NCBI GenBank assembly: GCA_021850805.1
Contig: JAJZKO010000002.1
Span: forward strand, 39,520 to 103,519
Length of the DNA stretch: 64,000 nucleotides
Origin: Candidatus Micrarchaeota archaeon
GTDB taxonomy: Archaea; Micrarchaeota; Micrarchaeia; Micrarchaeales; CABMGC01
Direction of reading: 5' to 3'
A model generated the notes under the pieces. It was not told where the DNA came from. It searched no databases and was given only the letters and a program-made list of their open reading frames with translations. This document shows positions 44,338-54,679 of this stretch, piece after piece. Both the position numbers and the translations under genes were made by a program. The first letter of the stretch is position 1; the number at the start of each line of letters is the position of its first letter.

Positions 44338-44341
44338 CCAA

Positions 44342-45505
44342 TCATTTCCCGGGATTTGCATTATCTTCTTCCTTCCCCTTTTTAATCCTTTCCAGCTCGG
44401 CATCGAAGAGCGAGAAAAACCTTTCCCAGGTGTACTTCCTTTCCACTTCCCTTCTTCCTTCCTTTCCCATGCGCTCGGCACTCTTAGCATCCTTGGCCAG
44501 AAGAAGCATCTTCTCCGCCATCTCCTGAGGTGAGTTTACAAGGAAGCCAGTCTTACCATCCCTTATCGTCTCCGTCGGGCCTCCTTCATTGACGGATATT
44601 ACGGGCTTCGAAGAAGCCATGGCCTCAAGGGGTATAAATCCAAAGTCCTCATTTATTGCAGCGAACATCACAGCCATGGCTCCGCTGTAAAGTTTGGTGA
44701 GCTTGCTCTCATCGACATTAGTCATTATCTGTATCTTGTAACCTTCAGCCATCTTCTTTATGCGGTTCATGTAAGCCTGGTGCTCCGGATCCTTGGAGAG
44801 GGTGCCGGCTATTACCAGCTTGAACTTCCCTCTTCCGTCCTTCTTCTCAAAACGCTTGAAGGCGTCTATAACATAATCCTGCCTCTTATTTACCAGTATC
44901 CTCGAAGGATAAAAAAAGTAGTCTTCGTAAGAGGAGTTCTTATACTTCTCGACGTCTACACCTGGGTTTATAACCGTTGCCTCTCTGCCGTAATACTTGC
45001 GTATCCTGCCCCTTGTCGTCTCGCTGTTTGTTGCAATGCCCTCAAGATCCTTCACTATCTTGTTGGCTATCATCTTGTACGCCCTGGCAAAAGTTGCATA
45101 TATTATCTTGTCCCCGTATCCCCTCCCCTTCATCCTTGTGGAATAGAGATCGTACACTTCCCTCGGAGGCGTATGGCAGTACCACAGGACACGCTCGTTC
45201 TTGTGCCGTATCCATTCGCTCGGGGATATATGCGGGTTGAGAACATCATAGTCCTCATCTATCCGTATGTTGTAAAAATTATATCCATACTTAAGCCCCT
45301 GCGAAGCCCTATACGGGAGCCTGCCCTGGAGCGGCACATCCTTGCCTATCTTCCTTATATCGAGCTTCCCGAAGTCTTCAAAGGAAGAACCCTTCTCATA
45401 TTCGAGGGTGTATATGGGCGCCTTGTAGTGCTCTGCTATCTTCAGGAGCACCCTGTCGACACCGCCTCTAAGGTTGATATACGGCTGAAGTACAATTAGC
45501 TTCAT
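44342..45505 (-). CDS. GT4-family glycosyltransferase
   Basis: 387 aa. It has the C-terminal Ex7E region EDFGFIPLEAMASSKPVISVNEGGPTETI. Confidence 0.85.
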   Translation of the reverse strand: MKLIVLQPYINLRGGVDRVLLKIAEHYKAPIYTLEYEKGSSFEDFGKLDIRKIGKDVPLQGRLPYRASQGLKYGYNFYNIRIDEDYDVLNPHISPSEWIRHKNERVLWYCHTPPREVYDLYSTRMKGRGYGDKIIYATFARAYKMIANKIVKDLEGIATNSETTRGRIRKYYGREATVINPGVDVEKYKNSSYEDYFFYPSRILVNKRQDYVIDAFKRFEKKDGRGKFKLVIAGTLSKDPEHQAYMNRIKKMAEGYKIQIMTNVDESKLTKLYSGAMAVMFAAINEDFGFIPLEAMASSKPVISVNEGGPTETIRDGKTGFLVNSPQEMAEKMLLLAKDAKSAERMGKEGRREVERKYTWERFFSLFDAELERIKKGKEEDNANPGK

Positions 45506-45522
45506 ATCGACGCTGACCCGCT

Positions 45523-48500
45523 TTATCCAGGAATGGAATAATTATTATGTATCCAGCTCGGCTTAGGCACCACATAAGGTAGCGTGCCTGTGAAATTGTC
45601 AAGCTTGAATATCATTATATGATTACCAGTATTATTCACATAATTGACTCCTGTCACGTTTGAAGGATACACCAAAGTGAATCCGGGAAGCTTCCCAAGG
45701 AAGAACCCCCTATAGTAATTCGACTGGTAGAACTCGGAGGGTGCATTGGTGATCGTGTCATTCGGCCCGTTTGGCATGTATATGGCCATGAAGCTTAGGA
45801 ACGTCTGGTTATTGCTCGTAGGCACCGCTCCCTCAAAGAAGCTATCAGATACTGCTATATTGGTCTCCGTGCCGTTCTGGTAAAAGAGACGCACTGGCGC
45901 TCCTGTAGAGAGGAACGATTCGGGCATGCAATACGTAGTATTTCCTACAGTTCCGAATGGGAAACTGCCAGTGAACTGCAGGGCTTTTATGTAAACGTTT
46001 GTACTATTTGAGATCGAGCAATAATCGCCTATGCTTGACCCTGTGCTGGTCAAGACCGATTCCGGTATCATTATATATGACGGGTCGTGAGCAAGCTCGC
46101 ATCTGGAAGTTCCAAGCACATAAGACTGACCATACTGCTGCCCTGCGCTTATTGCAAAAGTCCTGGTGGTCTCATTAACACCTACGCAAGCCAGGAAATC
46201 CAGCGCACCCCACTTGGGTACAAGCTGATCATCGAAAAGCACATAGCCCGCCTGCGCAGAGTCCATGAAATGCGCAAGTTCCGTATAATTATATCCATCA
46301 GCAGGACCTAAGACGTACTGGGCCGCAACCTTGTAATCATATGTAGGCACCGCATTGTCGCCCCTTATAACCGCGTTGCTGTTTCCAAACCAGTTAATCC
46401 AATCCCCGTAATCCCACCATGAGAGTATCCTTGGTGCGTTAGGCCCGACGTTTGCCCTCATCCAATCCGTGGCCGCTATCCAGCTTGGCGATATTGTATT
46501 GCAATACAGGAAATTGCCAATCTGATTATTGCTATTCTGTATGGTAGTGCAGTTGGGGTTAAGGGCTGCCGCAGAAGCAGAATAAAGTACAGGTATGAAT
46601 ATTGACATAGCCAGCAGGCCTATCAGCGCATATGCCGTATAAACGTAAATCTTATCCTTAAGCCCCTTCTCTGCTATGATTATTATCTCCCCTATTATAA
46701 CCGATAACGCTATGGCATATGCCACTGCGAAATGCGGAAGATACTTGACCTCGCTGAACCCTGCAAAAGCAAGCACGATTATTACAGACACTGCAAGTAT
46801 GCTTGTCTGCGAGTTCTTGTAAAAGATATTCATTGCAGATATGATAAGGAAGATCGCCAGTACACCAAGGACGAGAAGATTGCCTGGCAGATGCAGCGCA
46901 ACCGAACCCATGCCTGCGCTGTCAAAGTTGAAGTTCAGCCCTGTCGGTGCAAACTCCTGCACCGTCATGAAAAGCGGCGTATTAGGGGTTGTAAAATGCG
47001 CGCCTATGCTCAAGTAATTCAATATTGGCTTACCTAACGGAGTAAAGAAAGTAACGAGCAGGCCGATTACTATTATTGCTGCAAGCATAGCTATTCTTGT
47101 TATTAAGAGATCCTTCTCCGGTACATCGATACTCATAACCTTGCTTGTGTATTTCCTTATGCTCTTGGGCAGATCATCTGTCCTTGGCAGGTAGTCCAAG
47201 AGGAATATGACTGCAAGAGCAAAGACAGGTATTGCTATAATTATAGGAATGCCTGCTACGCTCGGTGTCCTGTTCGTAAGTGATGCTCCGTATGGCGCAT
47301 AGAGCAGGTAAGTTATTATTATTACCCCTATAACGATTGCATTCATTATGTAGAAATCAGTGTTATCCTTCTCCCTTAGTAGATTAACAGCTCCTTGCAG
47401 GAATATGTAAAGCCCTATGATTGCCGCAGGTACAAAGTAATAGTGTGCACCTAGGAAGTTGGAGGCAAACGCTATTCCAGCAAGTACTGCATAGCGCTTC
47501 TCCTTCATGTTCCTTATCGCAACGATATAAGTGGCAAAGAAGAAGAAGAGCGCAAATATGCCCCACGGTTCGAGAAGCTGCTCCCCAGCTATGAACGGCT
47601 GGTAGATAACCGGCATCGCGGCAACAAGCGTAGCGCCAAACAGGGCAGCTTTCTCCCCGTAATCATATTTTATGAAGATGAATACCACGAATACAAGGAG
47701 CGCGGCAACAAGGGGCGGATAAAGGCTGCTCACCTGGCTAAGGAGCGTATTATTCAGATATTTATAGTGGAAATTGGTATTTGCAAGGTCATACCAGTAT
47801 ACCTCCAGATACGGCACAAGAGGCTGTATCCTGTGATTGACTCCCTGCACAACAGACGGCCACGCGGCATGGTCAAACGGTATCTGATAGCCGTAAGTAA
47901 GTATATACTGCGCGCTTACCATGTCAAAATAAGGATCGAACTCGAAGTATTTCGGCGCTACTCCAAAGCTGAGCATACGGCTCGTAAAAGTGAATATTAG
48001 AAGAAGAACAAAAAGGAAAGTTATTATGTTGCTGGTGCTCAGAAGCGGCTTCTTACTGCGGTGCGCATGTACTTTGTCTCCATGAGCATCTCTGGTAAAG
48101 GCGATCTCACGGTGAAGATGACGTTCTTCAAGGCGTCTCTTCTCCTCCTTGTGCGATTCGGAGATGCGCTTCCTCTCCTCTTCGCTTGAATCCTTGAGAA
48201 GAGCCATCTCGCGTTCGTGTTCCTCTTCAAGTTCCTTCTCCTTCTTCCTATGCTCCTCAAGCATCGCAGCTCCTTCCTCGCCTCCATGCTCATGTATCCA
48301 CTTCCTTACGGAGTGTATGCTTGACGAATCGAGATCAGCAGGCAGAGCTCCTGTTCCTGCACTGCCTTTTAACATGCCCAAGCCAGAGTTCAGGTCAAGC
48401 ACTCCCTGCTTAATGCAGAGCACAAGGCCTATCAATGAAAGAATTATTACATTGGCGTTGTACAGCCATATCGAGTACGAAAAGAAATGCAGATATGGTA

Positions 48501-48672
48501 TCAGGTACGCCTCAAGCCACTGTAGTGTAGGGGGAAAGATGAGTCCGAATATTACGCCTATCGAATATATCTCCACCCTTGGCATTCTTGTTTTTCCCAG
48601 CAGCGCAAAGGCAAGGAGGAAACCTGGCACAATGACAGCCAGTATGCCAAATAGTATTACCAAAAATAGCAC
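45523..48672 (-). CDS. aglB: archaeal oligosaccharyltransferase AglB (STT3 family) with long N-terminal extension
   Basis: 1049 aa, GTG start. It contains FEFDPYFD (first acidic loop motif) and WWDYGDWI (WWDYG motif). About 210 extra N-terminal residues include three hydrophobic helices and a highly charged E/K/R/H segment. Confidence 0.9.
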   Translation of the reverse strand: MLFLVILFGILAVIVPGFLLAFALLGKTRMPRVEIYSIGVIFGLIFPPTLQWLEAYLIPYLHFFSYSIWLYNANVIILSLIGLVLCIKQGVLDLNSGLGMLKGSAGTGALPADLDSSSIHSVRKWIHEHGGEEGAAMLEEHRKKEKELEEEHEREMALLKDSSEEERKRISESHKEEKRRLEERHLHREIAFTRDAHGDKVHAHRSKKPLLSTSNIITFLFVLLLIFTFTSRMLSFGVAPKYFEFDPYFDMVSAQYILTYGYQIPFDHAAWPSVVQGVNHRIQPLVPYLEVYWYDLANTNFHYKYLNNTLLSQVSSLYPPLVAALLVFVVFIFIKYDYGEKAALFGATLVAAMPVIYQPFIAGEQLLEPWGIFALFFFFATYIVAIRNMKEKRYAVLAGIAFASNFLGAHYYFVPAAIIGLYIFLQGAVNLLREKDNTDFYIMNAIVIGVIIITYLLYAPYGASLTNRTPSVAGIPIIIAIPVFALAVIFLLDYLPRTDDLPKSIRKYTSKVMSIDVPEKDLLITRIAMLAAIIVIGLLVTFFTPLGKPILNYLSIGAHFTTPNTPLFMTVQEFAPTGLNFNFDSAGMGSVALHLPGNLLVLGVLAIFLIISAMNIFYKNSQTSILAVSVIIVLAFAGFSEVKYLPHFAVAYAIALSVIIGEIIIIAEKGLKDKIYVYTAYALIGLLAMSIFIPVLYSASAAALNPNCTTIQNSNNQIGNFLYCNTISPSWIAATDWMRANVGPNAPRILSWWDYGDWINWFGNSNAVIRGDNAVPTYDYKVAAQYVLGPADGYNYTELAHFMDSAQAGYVLFDDQLVPKWGALDFLACVGVNETTRTFAISAGQQYGQSYVLGTSRCELAHDPSYIMIPESVLTSTGSSIGDYCSISNSTNVYIKALQFTGSFPFGTVGNTTYCMPESFLSTGAPVRLFYQNGTETNIAVSDSFFEGAVPTSNNQTFLSFMAIYMPNGPNDTITNAPSEFYQSNYYRGFFLGKLPGFTLVYPSNVTGVNYVNNTGNHIMIFKLDNFTGTLPYVVPKPSWIHNNYSIPG

Positions 48673-48884
48673 TATAAAGACCCAGATAACATATCTTTTT
48701 CAGCATATATTTTTAAATAGCTATCTAAATATAACGGTGGTGAAAACTTGTTGCACAAAAACAGCACGCATATAACCTATATCATTATTGCAACTGGGCG
48801 CAACGCCTCTCAAAACCTAATGATTGCACAAGCTCTAAATATAAGGCGCAACAAGACAAACTGACCTATCTGGGATGCTTTAGA

Positions 48885-49991
48885 ATGCAAAGAAAAGTCA
48901 ATGTTGTAGGAGCCGGAAATGCAGGATTAATGGCCGCAAAGACCATAGCAAGATACGGCATAGACGTAACCATATACGACCAGAAGCGGAAGCCCGGCTA
49001 TCCGATAAGGGCTTCTGGAATCGTATCTGCAAACGGGCTCTCGCGCCTTGGCGTTAACTGCTCCAAAGCGCTTACCAATTCATTATCAGGAGCACGGATA
49101 CACGCAGGCAATTCGGTACTGGAGGTAAAGGCGAAGGCTCCGGTAGCAAAGGTGCTTGACAGGGGAATTCTCAACGAGATATGCATGGGCGAGGCGGCAA
49201 GCGAGGGCGCATCCATAGTAGTAGGCAAGAGGCTCTCCGCTGCCGAAATTATAGCAATGTCAAAGAATGATATAATAATAGGCGCAGACGGCGCAGTATC
49301 AGAAGTTGCAAAGGCATTCCACATGGGAGCAGTCAAGAGATACGTCCTAACATATAGGGTCGAATACAACACAGAGCCGCAGGACATCGAGAGCGTCGAC
49401 ATATACCTTAACAACAGCATCTCCCCCGGGTTATTCTCATGGGTATGCCCGAACGGGAAAGACGTCCTTGAAGTCGGCATAGGCGTATCCTCCTCGCATG
49501 GGAACAGCAAGAGGGCATTCGACAGGTTCGTAAGCCATTACGGAATCACCAAAATAATATCCGGGGCAAAGATAATTTCCGAAGGCGCAAGCATAATACC
49601 AATAGGACTGCGGCAGAGGATAGTAGATGATAGAAACCAGGTACTCCTTGCAGGCGATGCTGCAGGGCAGACAAAAGCCACGACAGGAGGAGGAATAGTA
49701 TTCGGCTCGCAGGGCGGGATCATGGCCGGCGAGGCAGTGGCAGACCATATAATACACGGATCAAAACTCTCCTCTTATGAAAGCAAGTTCAGGAGAAAGA
49801 ATAGGCTGGATCTTGCCATGCACTCAATGATAAGCAGAGCATACGGATCCCTAGGCGAGAGGGAGATTGGGATGGTGATAAGCATGCTGAATAAAGCCGG
49901 CATTGGCAAAGTCCTGGGGGACTACGGCGATATGGACAGACCAACAGAGATTATAAAGCGCTTTATCCTGCGCAGGAAGATAGTCTCTTAG
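48885..49991 (+). CDS. geranylgeranyl reductase-family flavoprotein
   Basis: 368 aa. It has the N-terminal FAD motif VVGAGNAGLMAAKTIARYGIDVTIYDQ, and later LLAGDAAGQTKATTGGGI. Confidence 0.8.
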   Translation: MQRKVNVVGAGNAGLMAAKTIARYGIDVTIYDQKRKPGYPIRASGIVSANGLSRLGVNCSKALTNSLSGARIHAGNSVLEVKAKAPVAKVLDRGILNEICMGEAASEGASIVVGKRLSAAEIIAMSKNDIIIGADGAVSEVAKAFHMGAVKRYVLTYRVEYNTEPQDIESVDIYLNNSISPGLFSWVCPNGKDVLEVGIGVSSSHGNSKRAFDRFVSHYGITKIISGAKIISEGASIIPIGLRQRIVDDRNQVLLAGDAAGQTKATTGGGIVFGSQGGIMAGEAVADHIIHGSKLSSYESKFRRKNRLDLAMHSMISRAYGSLGEREIGMVISMLNKAGIGKVLGDYGDMDRPTEIIKRFILRRKIVS

Positions 49992-50494
49992 CTGCTGCCT
50001 TCCTTCTTTCCCAATATCTGCTTGCCTATCTCCTCGCGCGACTTCATATTCTCCTGTATGCGCTTATACTCATCCTCATTAAGCACCCTGCTCAGTATGT
50101 AATTGGAATATTCGATTGATATCTGTGCAAGATCGAGCATAAGGGACTGCATCATGGGCATCTTGATTACATACTCGTTCTCAGGTCTGAGTATGTTTAT
50201 GCCTACAGGCGCGAAGTTGAATGATATCTCCACAAGCGCCTTTATATCCTTGAACAATATCTCTACGGTAGCTGCAGTGGAATAACCATCGCCGAGCGCT
50301 ATAGGCGACTCTACGCTTCCATGGCAGTAGACAACGCCCCTTGTCTTCAGAAGCCTGTTGTTTATAAGATCCACCATGAGCGGCTGAAGTTCTTCCTTGT
50401 TCTTACCGTGTATGTCAAAATAAAGCACTGCAAGTACACCGCCGCTGCGCAGGGTCTTCTCCGTTACCTCATCAACTTCGCTGTTTCTGGCCAT
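49988..50494 (-). CDS. hypothetical protein
   Basis: 168-aa ORF packed directly after hisS (its start at 50494 abuts the hisS stop at 50495). It overlaps the reductase gene end by 4 nt. No motif recognised. Confidence 0.5.
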   Translation of the reverse strand: MARNSEVDEVTEKTLRSGGVLAVLYFDIHGKNKEELQPLMVDLINNRLLKTRGVVYCHGSVESPIALGDGYSTAATVEILFKDIKALVEISFNFAPVGINILRPENEYVIKMPMMQSLMLDLAQISIEYSNYILSRVLNEDEYKRIQENMKSREEIGKQILGKKEGSS

Positions 50495-51772
50495 CTAACC
50501 ACCGCCAAGCTTACTTATGGCCTCCTGCAGATCAAGGAGCTCCTCAGTCCCGCTTGACATGTTCCTGAGCTTTACCTTATTCAGCTCTATTTCCTTCTTA
50601 CCTATTATTAAACCATTGGATATCCCCATTCCGTTCGCATACTCGAGGTTCTTCGAGATGCCTCTCTCGATTATCGCAAGATCCGTGCATATGCCAGCTG
50701 CCCTCAGCCTATTTGCAATACCAAGGGCGTACCTGAATTCATCCTTAGTCACTGGTATAACTATAACTTTGGCATAAGTCTTCTCGCGCGCTTCCAGTCC
50801 AAGCATGCTCACTACCCTGTCTATGCCTATCGAAGATCCAACTGCCGGAATCTCCCTTCCGGAGTAGCTTCCTATCAGCTTGTCGTACCTTCCTCCCCCT
50901 CCGAGGCTTGGGAGCACGGTCCCATCCTTAATCGCAATAAATTCCCATACCGCACCTGTATAATAATCAAGCCCCCTGGCAAGCGAGGGATCAAATCTCA
51001 ACTGGCCTGCTACGCCGTAGCTTGCAACCAGCTCCATGATCTCTGAGAATGCCTTTATCTCTTCCTTCAGGCCAGGGAGCATGGCAGACACTTTTTCCAG
51101 CGTGCTTCCTCCCTCGCCATCCCCTTCTAGAAATGCCACGATGGATTCCGCCTTCCCGCGCTCTACACCAATTCCGGTTATTCCATCGACTACTGCAGCC
51201 CCTCCTATCTTCGCCTTCTTGTCTATGATACGTATTGCCTGGCTATGGTCCTTCTCCGGGATCGAGAAGTAATCGAGAAGCCCTCCGAGCAGCTTCCTGT
51301 CATTCATCCTTATCTCGTAATTCCCAACTCCCGCATCTTCGAGAGCAAGGGCAGTAGCCGCTATTACCTCAGCATCCGCCGCAGGAGCGCCGCATCCAAC
51401 TATATCTACATCTGCCTGCGTGAATTCCCTGAATCGCATATGCTGCGGCTCGTCCCTTCTCCATATATCCCCTATCTGGTACCTCTTGAAGGGCATCTGC
51501 AGGCTCTTGTCCGAGGAGACGTATCTTGCCAGCGGCACTGTCATATCATATCTGAGGCCGATGTCGCCGTTGTCAAGAAAGAATATTTCCTTCTCTGCAT
51601 CATCACCATAAGTCTTGGCCAGAAGGGTGTCCTTCTTTTCCAAAGCAGGCGTCTTCAGCGGGTAAAATCCAAATCTCTTGAATATTGCCTCTACCTTATC
51701 AGCAATAGATTTCGATATTATGGCTGCATTAGGCGGGAAATCCCTCATGCCGCGAGCAAGCTCAAAGGGCAT
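50495..51772 (-). CDS. hisS: histidyl-tRNA synthetase
   Basis: 425 aa. It contains ARGMRDFPP, FKRYQIGDIWRRDEPQ..RFREFTQ and GGGGRYD. Confidence 0.92.
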   Translation of the reverse strand: MPFELARGMRDFPPNAAIISKSIADKVEAIFKRFGFYPLKTPALEKKDTLLAKTYGDDAEKEIFFLDNGDIGLRYDMTVPLARYVSSDKSLQMPFKRYQIGDIWRRDEPQHMRFREFTQADVDIVGCGAPAADAEVIAATALALEDAGVGNYEIRMNDRKLLGGLLDYFSIPEKDHSQAIRIIDKKAKIGGAAVVDGITGIGVERGKAESIVAFLEGDGEGGSTLEKVSAMLPGLKEEIKAFSEIMELVASYGVAGQLRFDPSLARGLDYYTGAVWEFIAIKDGTVLPSLGGGGRYDKLIGSYSGREIPAVGSSIGIDRVVSMLGLEAREKTYAKVIVIPVTKDEFRYALGIANRLRAAGICTDLAIIERGISKNLEYANGMGISNGLIIGKKEIELNKVKLRNMSSGTEELLDLQEAISKLGGG

Positions 51773-51784
51773 CGCAACAACGCA

Positions 51785-52111
51785 TTACAGGTTCTTATCG
51801 AGCCATTTCTTGAATGTATCCTCAGGAAGAGCGCCCACTGACATTGACTTAACTTTGCCATCTTCAAAAATCAGGACTGTAGGTATGCTCATTATGTTGT
51901 ACTCCTGTGCTATCTTGTTGTTCTCATCTACATTCAGCTTCCCGAAATTGACTTTGCCATCATAGGCCTTGGATACCTTCTCTATGACTGGAGAGAATAT
52001 CCTGCAAGGACCGCACCATTCAGCCCAGAAGTCTACAACGACAGGGAGCTTGGATTTTATTACGCTGCCTTCAAAATTTCCTTCATTCAATTCCATCATA
52101 TAATACACCAA
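51785..52111 (-). CDS. trxA: thioredoxin
   Basis: 108 aa. It contains VVDFWAEWCGPCR. Several closely spaced Met codons leave the exact start uncertain. Confidence 0.9.
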   Translation of the reverse strand: MVYYMMELNEGNFEGSVIKSKLPVVVDFWAEWCGPCRIFSPVIEKVSKAYDGKVNFGKLNVDENNKIAQEYNIMSIPTVLIFEDGKVKSMSVGALPEDTFKKWLDKNL

Positions 52112-52166
52112 TTAGTAATCGCAATAGATATTACACATTATTAATATAAAAATCAATCCTATGCTG

Positions 52167-53084
52167 CTATAGGGCCTTCTTCAGTTCCTCTATAAGGCTC
52201 ACGTCTGTAGGGTTGACTCCGCGCATCTTTCCAAGATGGTAGGATAAGTAATCCCCGTAATGTATCATATAAAAGAGCCTCGCTGCAAGGCTCTTCCCTT
52301 CAACTTCTATAAAATTGAACTTCGTCTGCGTAAGCCTTGAGGTTATCGCTATCCTTTCCTTTATCTCTTTCCTGTCCGAGTCAAATACCATGATGTAAAA
52401 TTCATCCTTCCTGTAAGTCTCAGCAAGAGCCATAGTATCATTATGATTTAATTCAGGAAAGCTGCTGCAATACGACAGGACCTTTGCGTTTTCGTTGAAC
52501 TGCGTCTTCCATCTGTACGCTACGCTGCTGAGAGGGTACGCGCCGTACACTACCGGTATCTTCTTGTTCCTCGATATCCTCTTTGCGTGCGTAAAGCATT
52601 CCTGGTTGTTGCGGTCAAGGCTCCCTATAACCCTATGTGCTTCTCTAATCCCTGCGGAATCAACGAGCCCAAAGCCGTTCATGAAAGGCATGAGCATGTA
52701 TCCTATTGCGGATCTCGGCTGCAGATCGGATCTAGGTATGCGTATCTTCTGGTCGCCGTATTCTTCTAGTGCGCCGCCAGAAGAGATGGTAACAACTCTG
52801 CATCCTTTCTGCACAGCACGTTTTGCCGCCTTTATAGTCTCTTCAGTATTGCCGGAATAGCTTACTGCAATGAAGAGCGTATCATTAGATAGATGCGCAG
52901 GCATGTTATACCCGTCTATAAGCGTTACTGGTTTCTCCGTGTATATCTCGCTGAATATCTTTCCGACTATGCCGGAGCCCCCCATTCCTGCAACAGCCAC
53001 ATTCCTGAATCTCTTTCCCGCATATATCTTCTCGCCAAAAAGCACCTGCTCCTTGAGAAAACCCAATTCCTCTGCAAATTCCAT
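52167..53084 (-). CDS. bifunctional phosphoglucose/phosphomannose isomerase (SIS domain, archaeal PGI/PMI type)
   Basis: 305 aa. It has the SIS motif VAGMGGSGIVG, plus FIAVSYSGNTEET. The size is typical of the PGI/PMI family. Confidence 0.7.
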   Translation of the reverse strand: MEFAEELGFLKEQVLFGEKIYAGKRFRNVAVAGMGGSGIVGKIFSEIYTEKPVTLIDGYNMPAHLSNDTLFIAVSYSGNTEETIKAAKRAVQKGCRVVTISSGGALEEYGDQKIRIPRSDLQPRSAIGYMLMPFMNGFGLVDSAGIREAHRVIGSLDRNNQECFTHAKRISRNKKIPVVYGAYPLSSVAYRWKTQFNENAKVLSYCSSFPELNHNDTMALAETYRKDEFYIMVFDSDRKEIKERIAITSRLTQTKFNFIEVEGKSLAARLFYMIHYGDYLSYHLGKMRGVNPTDVSLIEELKKAL

Positions 53085-53092
53085 AAGAAAAC

Positions 53093-54616
53093 CTATTTCA
53101 TTACCGTCTTCAGCACCTTCCTGCTAAGATCGAATACCCTAAGCATATGATTATTTGTATCTGTTATATATAGCTGACCGCGATAAACTTTTACGTCGTT
53201 AGGTTCGTAAAGCCCAAAGGCATCGCACTCCTTGTCTCCAAACCTGCACTCGGATCCTGCATGCGGTCTGCCTACAAGCCTGGTCACATTCTTCCTCTCT
53301 TCGTCTATGACCTTTACTGCACCGTTATAGGTATCTGCAACGTAGATATTCTTCCCTTCCTTGCAAATCCCCATGGGATGCTGGAGCATTGCATCAGGCA
53401 GCTGGCCTGCTTTGTCCCCATAAACGAAAAGCCCCCTGCCAATTATGGTACTCACGAAATCGAGATCAAGCGGAATGCTTCTTATCGATGAAGACTCGCT
53501 ATCTGCCGTATACACCCTCTTCCCATATGCAAAGATTCCGCTTGGCTGTGCAAACTCCGCGTTCCTTCTTCTGTCGTCGATAAGATTCTCATATCCATTC
53601 CCCGCAAAGACCTCAAGATAACCATTTTCAAGATCCAAAGTCCATATCTGGTGAAGCCCTGCCATGGCTATGAATGCCAATCCCTCCCACTCGCTGAAAG
53701 TAACATCCCATGGCGAATTCATATCGGTCTTAAGGCCCTCCATCCTTCTTCCAAATCTTACATATTGGCCTTTCTTTCCCGTCCCTGCTACAGTCTGGAC
53801 ACCTTTTTTGCTGCCTATGGATATGGCCTTTAGACTATGGTTACCCGTATCCGATACAAGAATCCTCCCGTCAGACAGCCAGCATAACCCCTGCGGATTG
53901 GCAAACGACGCGCTTTTCATCGGCTTTCCATTAAACCTCCCGTTTCCTATGATGTCCGATACCTCTGCCTTATTCCCCTTTATCCATCCTATGAGAATGC
54001 GTCCATTGCCAGAGTCGCTCAATGCAAATGCTCCTCCATGTCCCCCGCGGAAAGAGATCTTCGAAGGAAAGTTGAGGAAGGACTCTCTATTCCTCACCGC
54101 ACTCTTCCTCACCCAACTTATTCTGGACAATCTCCTGCCCGATGCAGGATACTTCCTCACCCTAATCTCTATCTTCCTGATTTCTTCCTCAAGCTGCGCT
54201 TCAGACTGTTCGCCGGCCTTCCTGTACCTTACGATCCCATCTGAATCTACGATAACTATTGTTGGCCATGCGTTGACAGAGTAGGCCTTCCATATCCTGC
54301 GATCCTTGTCCAGCACTACAGGGTGGGAGATGCCATACCTTGCAATTGCCTCTGCTACATTTGCCTCATCATTCTCCCCATCGAACTTTGCAGAATGTAT
54401 GCCTATGAAGACAACTCTTCCATCCATGCGTCTATCCTCTACACGCTTAAATACAGGGACCATATGCATGCAGTTTATGCAGCAATAGGTCCAGAAATCA
54501 AGGACCACTATCCTGCCGCGTAGAGCATCCATTGAGATACTTCCACTGAAGTTCACGAATTTTGTGTTATCTGGAAAAGCAGGTGCCATCCTCCCGGCAA
54601 ATCCCCCAAGCATCAA
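53093..54616 (-). CDS. thioredoxin-like domain fused to NHL-repeat beta-propeller
   Basis: 507 aa. The N-terminus VVLDFWTYCCINCMH is redoxin-like. It is followed by repeated NHL-like units (ADTGNH/ADSESS/ADTYNG/TDTNNH contexts). Confidence 0.75.
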   Translation of the reverse strand: MMLGGFAGRMAPAFPDNTKFVNFSGSISMDALRGRIVVLDFWTYCCINCMHMVPVFKRVEDRRMDGRVVFIGIHSAKFDGENDEANVAEAIARYGISHPVVLDKDRRIWKAYSVNAWPTIVIVDSDGIVRYRKAGEQSEAQLEEEIRKIEIRVRKYPASGRRLSRISWVRKSAVRNRESFLNFPSKISFRGGHGGAFALSDSGNGRILIGWIKGNKAEVSDIIGNGRFNGKPMKSASFANPQGLCWLSDGRILVSDTGNHSLKAISIGSKKGVQTVAGTGKKGQYVRFGRRMEGLKTDMNSPWDVTFSEWEGLAFIAMAGLHQIWTLDLENGYLEVFAGNGYENLIDDRRRNAEFAQPSGIFAYGKRVYTADSESSSIRSIPLDLDFVSTIIGRGLFVYGDKAGQLPDAMLQHPMGICKEGKNIYVADTYNGAVKVIDEERKNVTRLVGRPHAGSECRFGDKECDAFGLYEPNDVKVYRGQLYITDTNNHMLRVFDLSRKVLKTVMK

Positions 54617-54679
54617 ACCAAAATTGATTTGGAGTAAACCCTTTTAACCCTTCCCAGGAACAGCTAAAGTGGTGAATAT

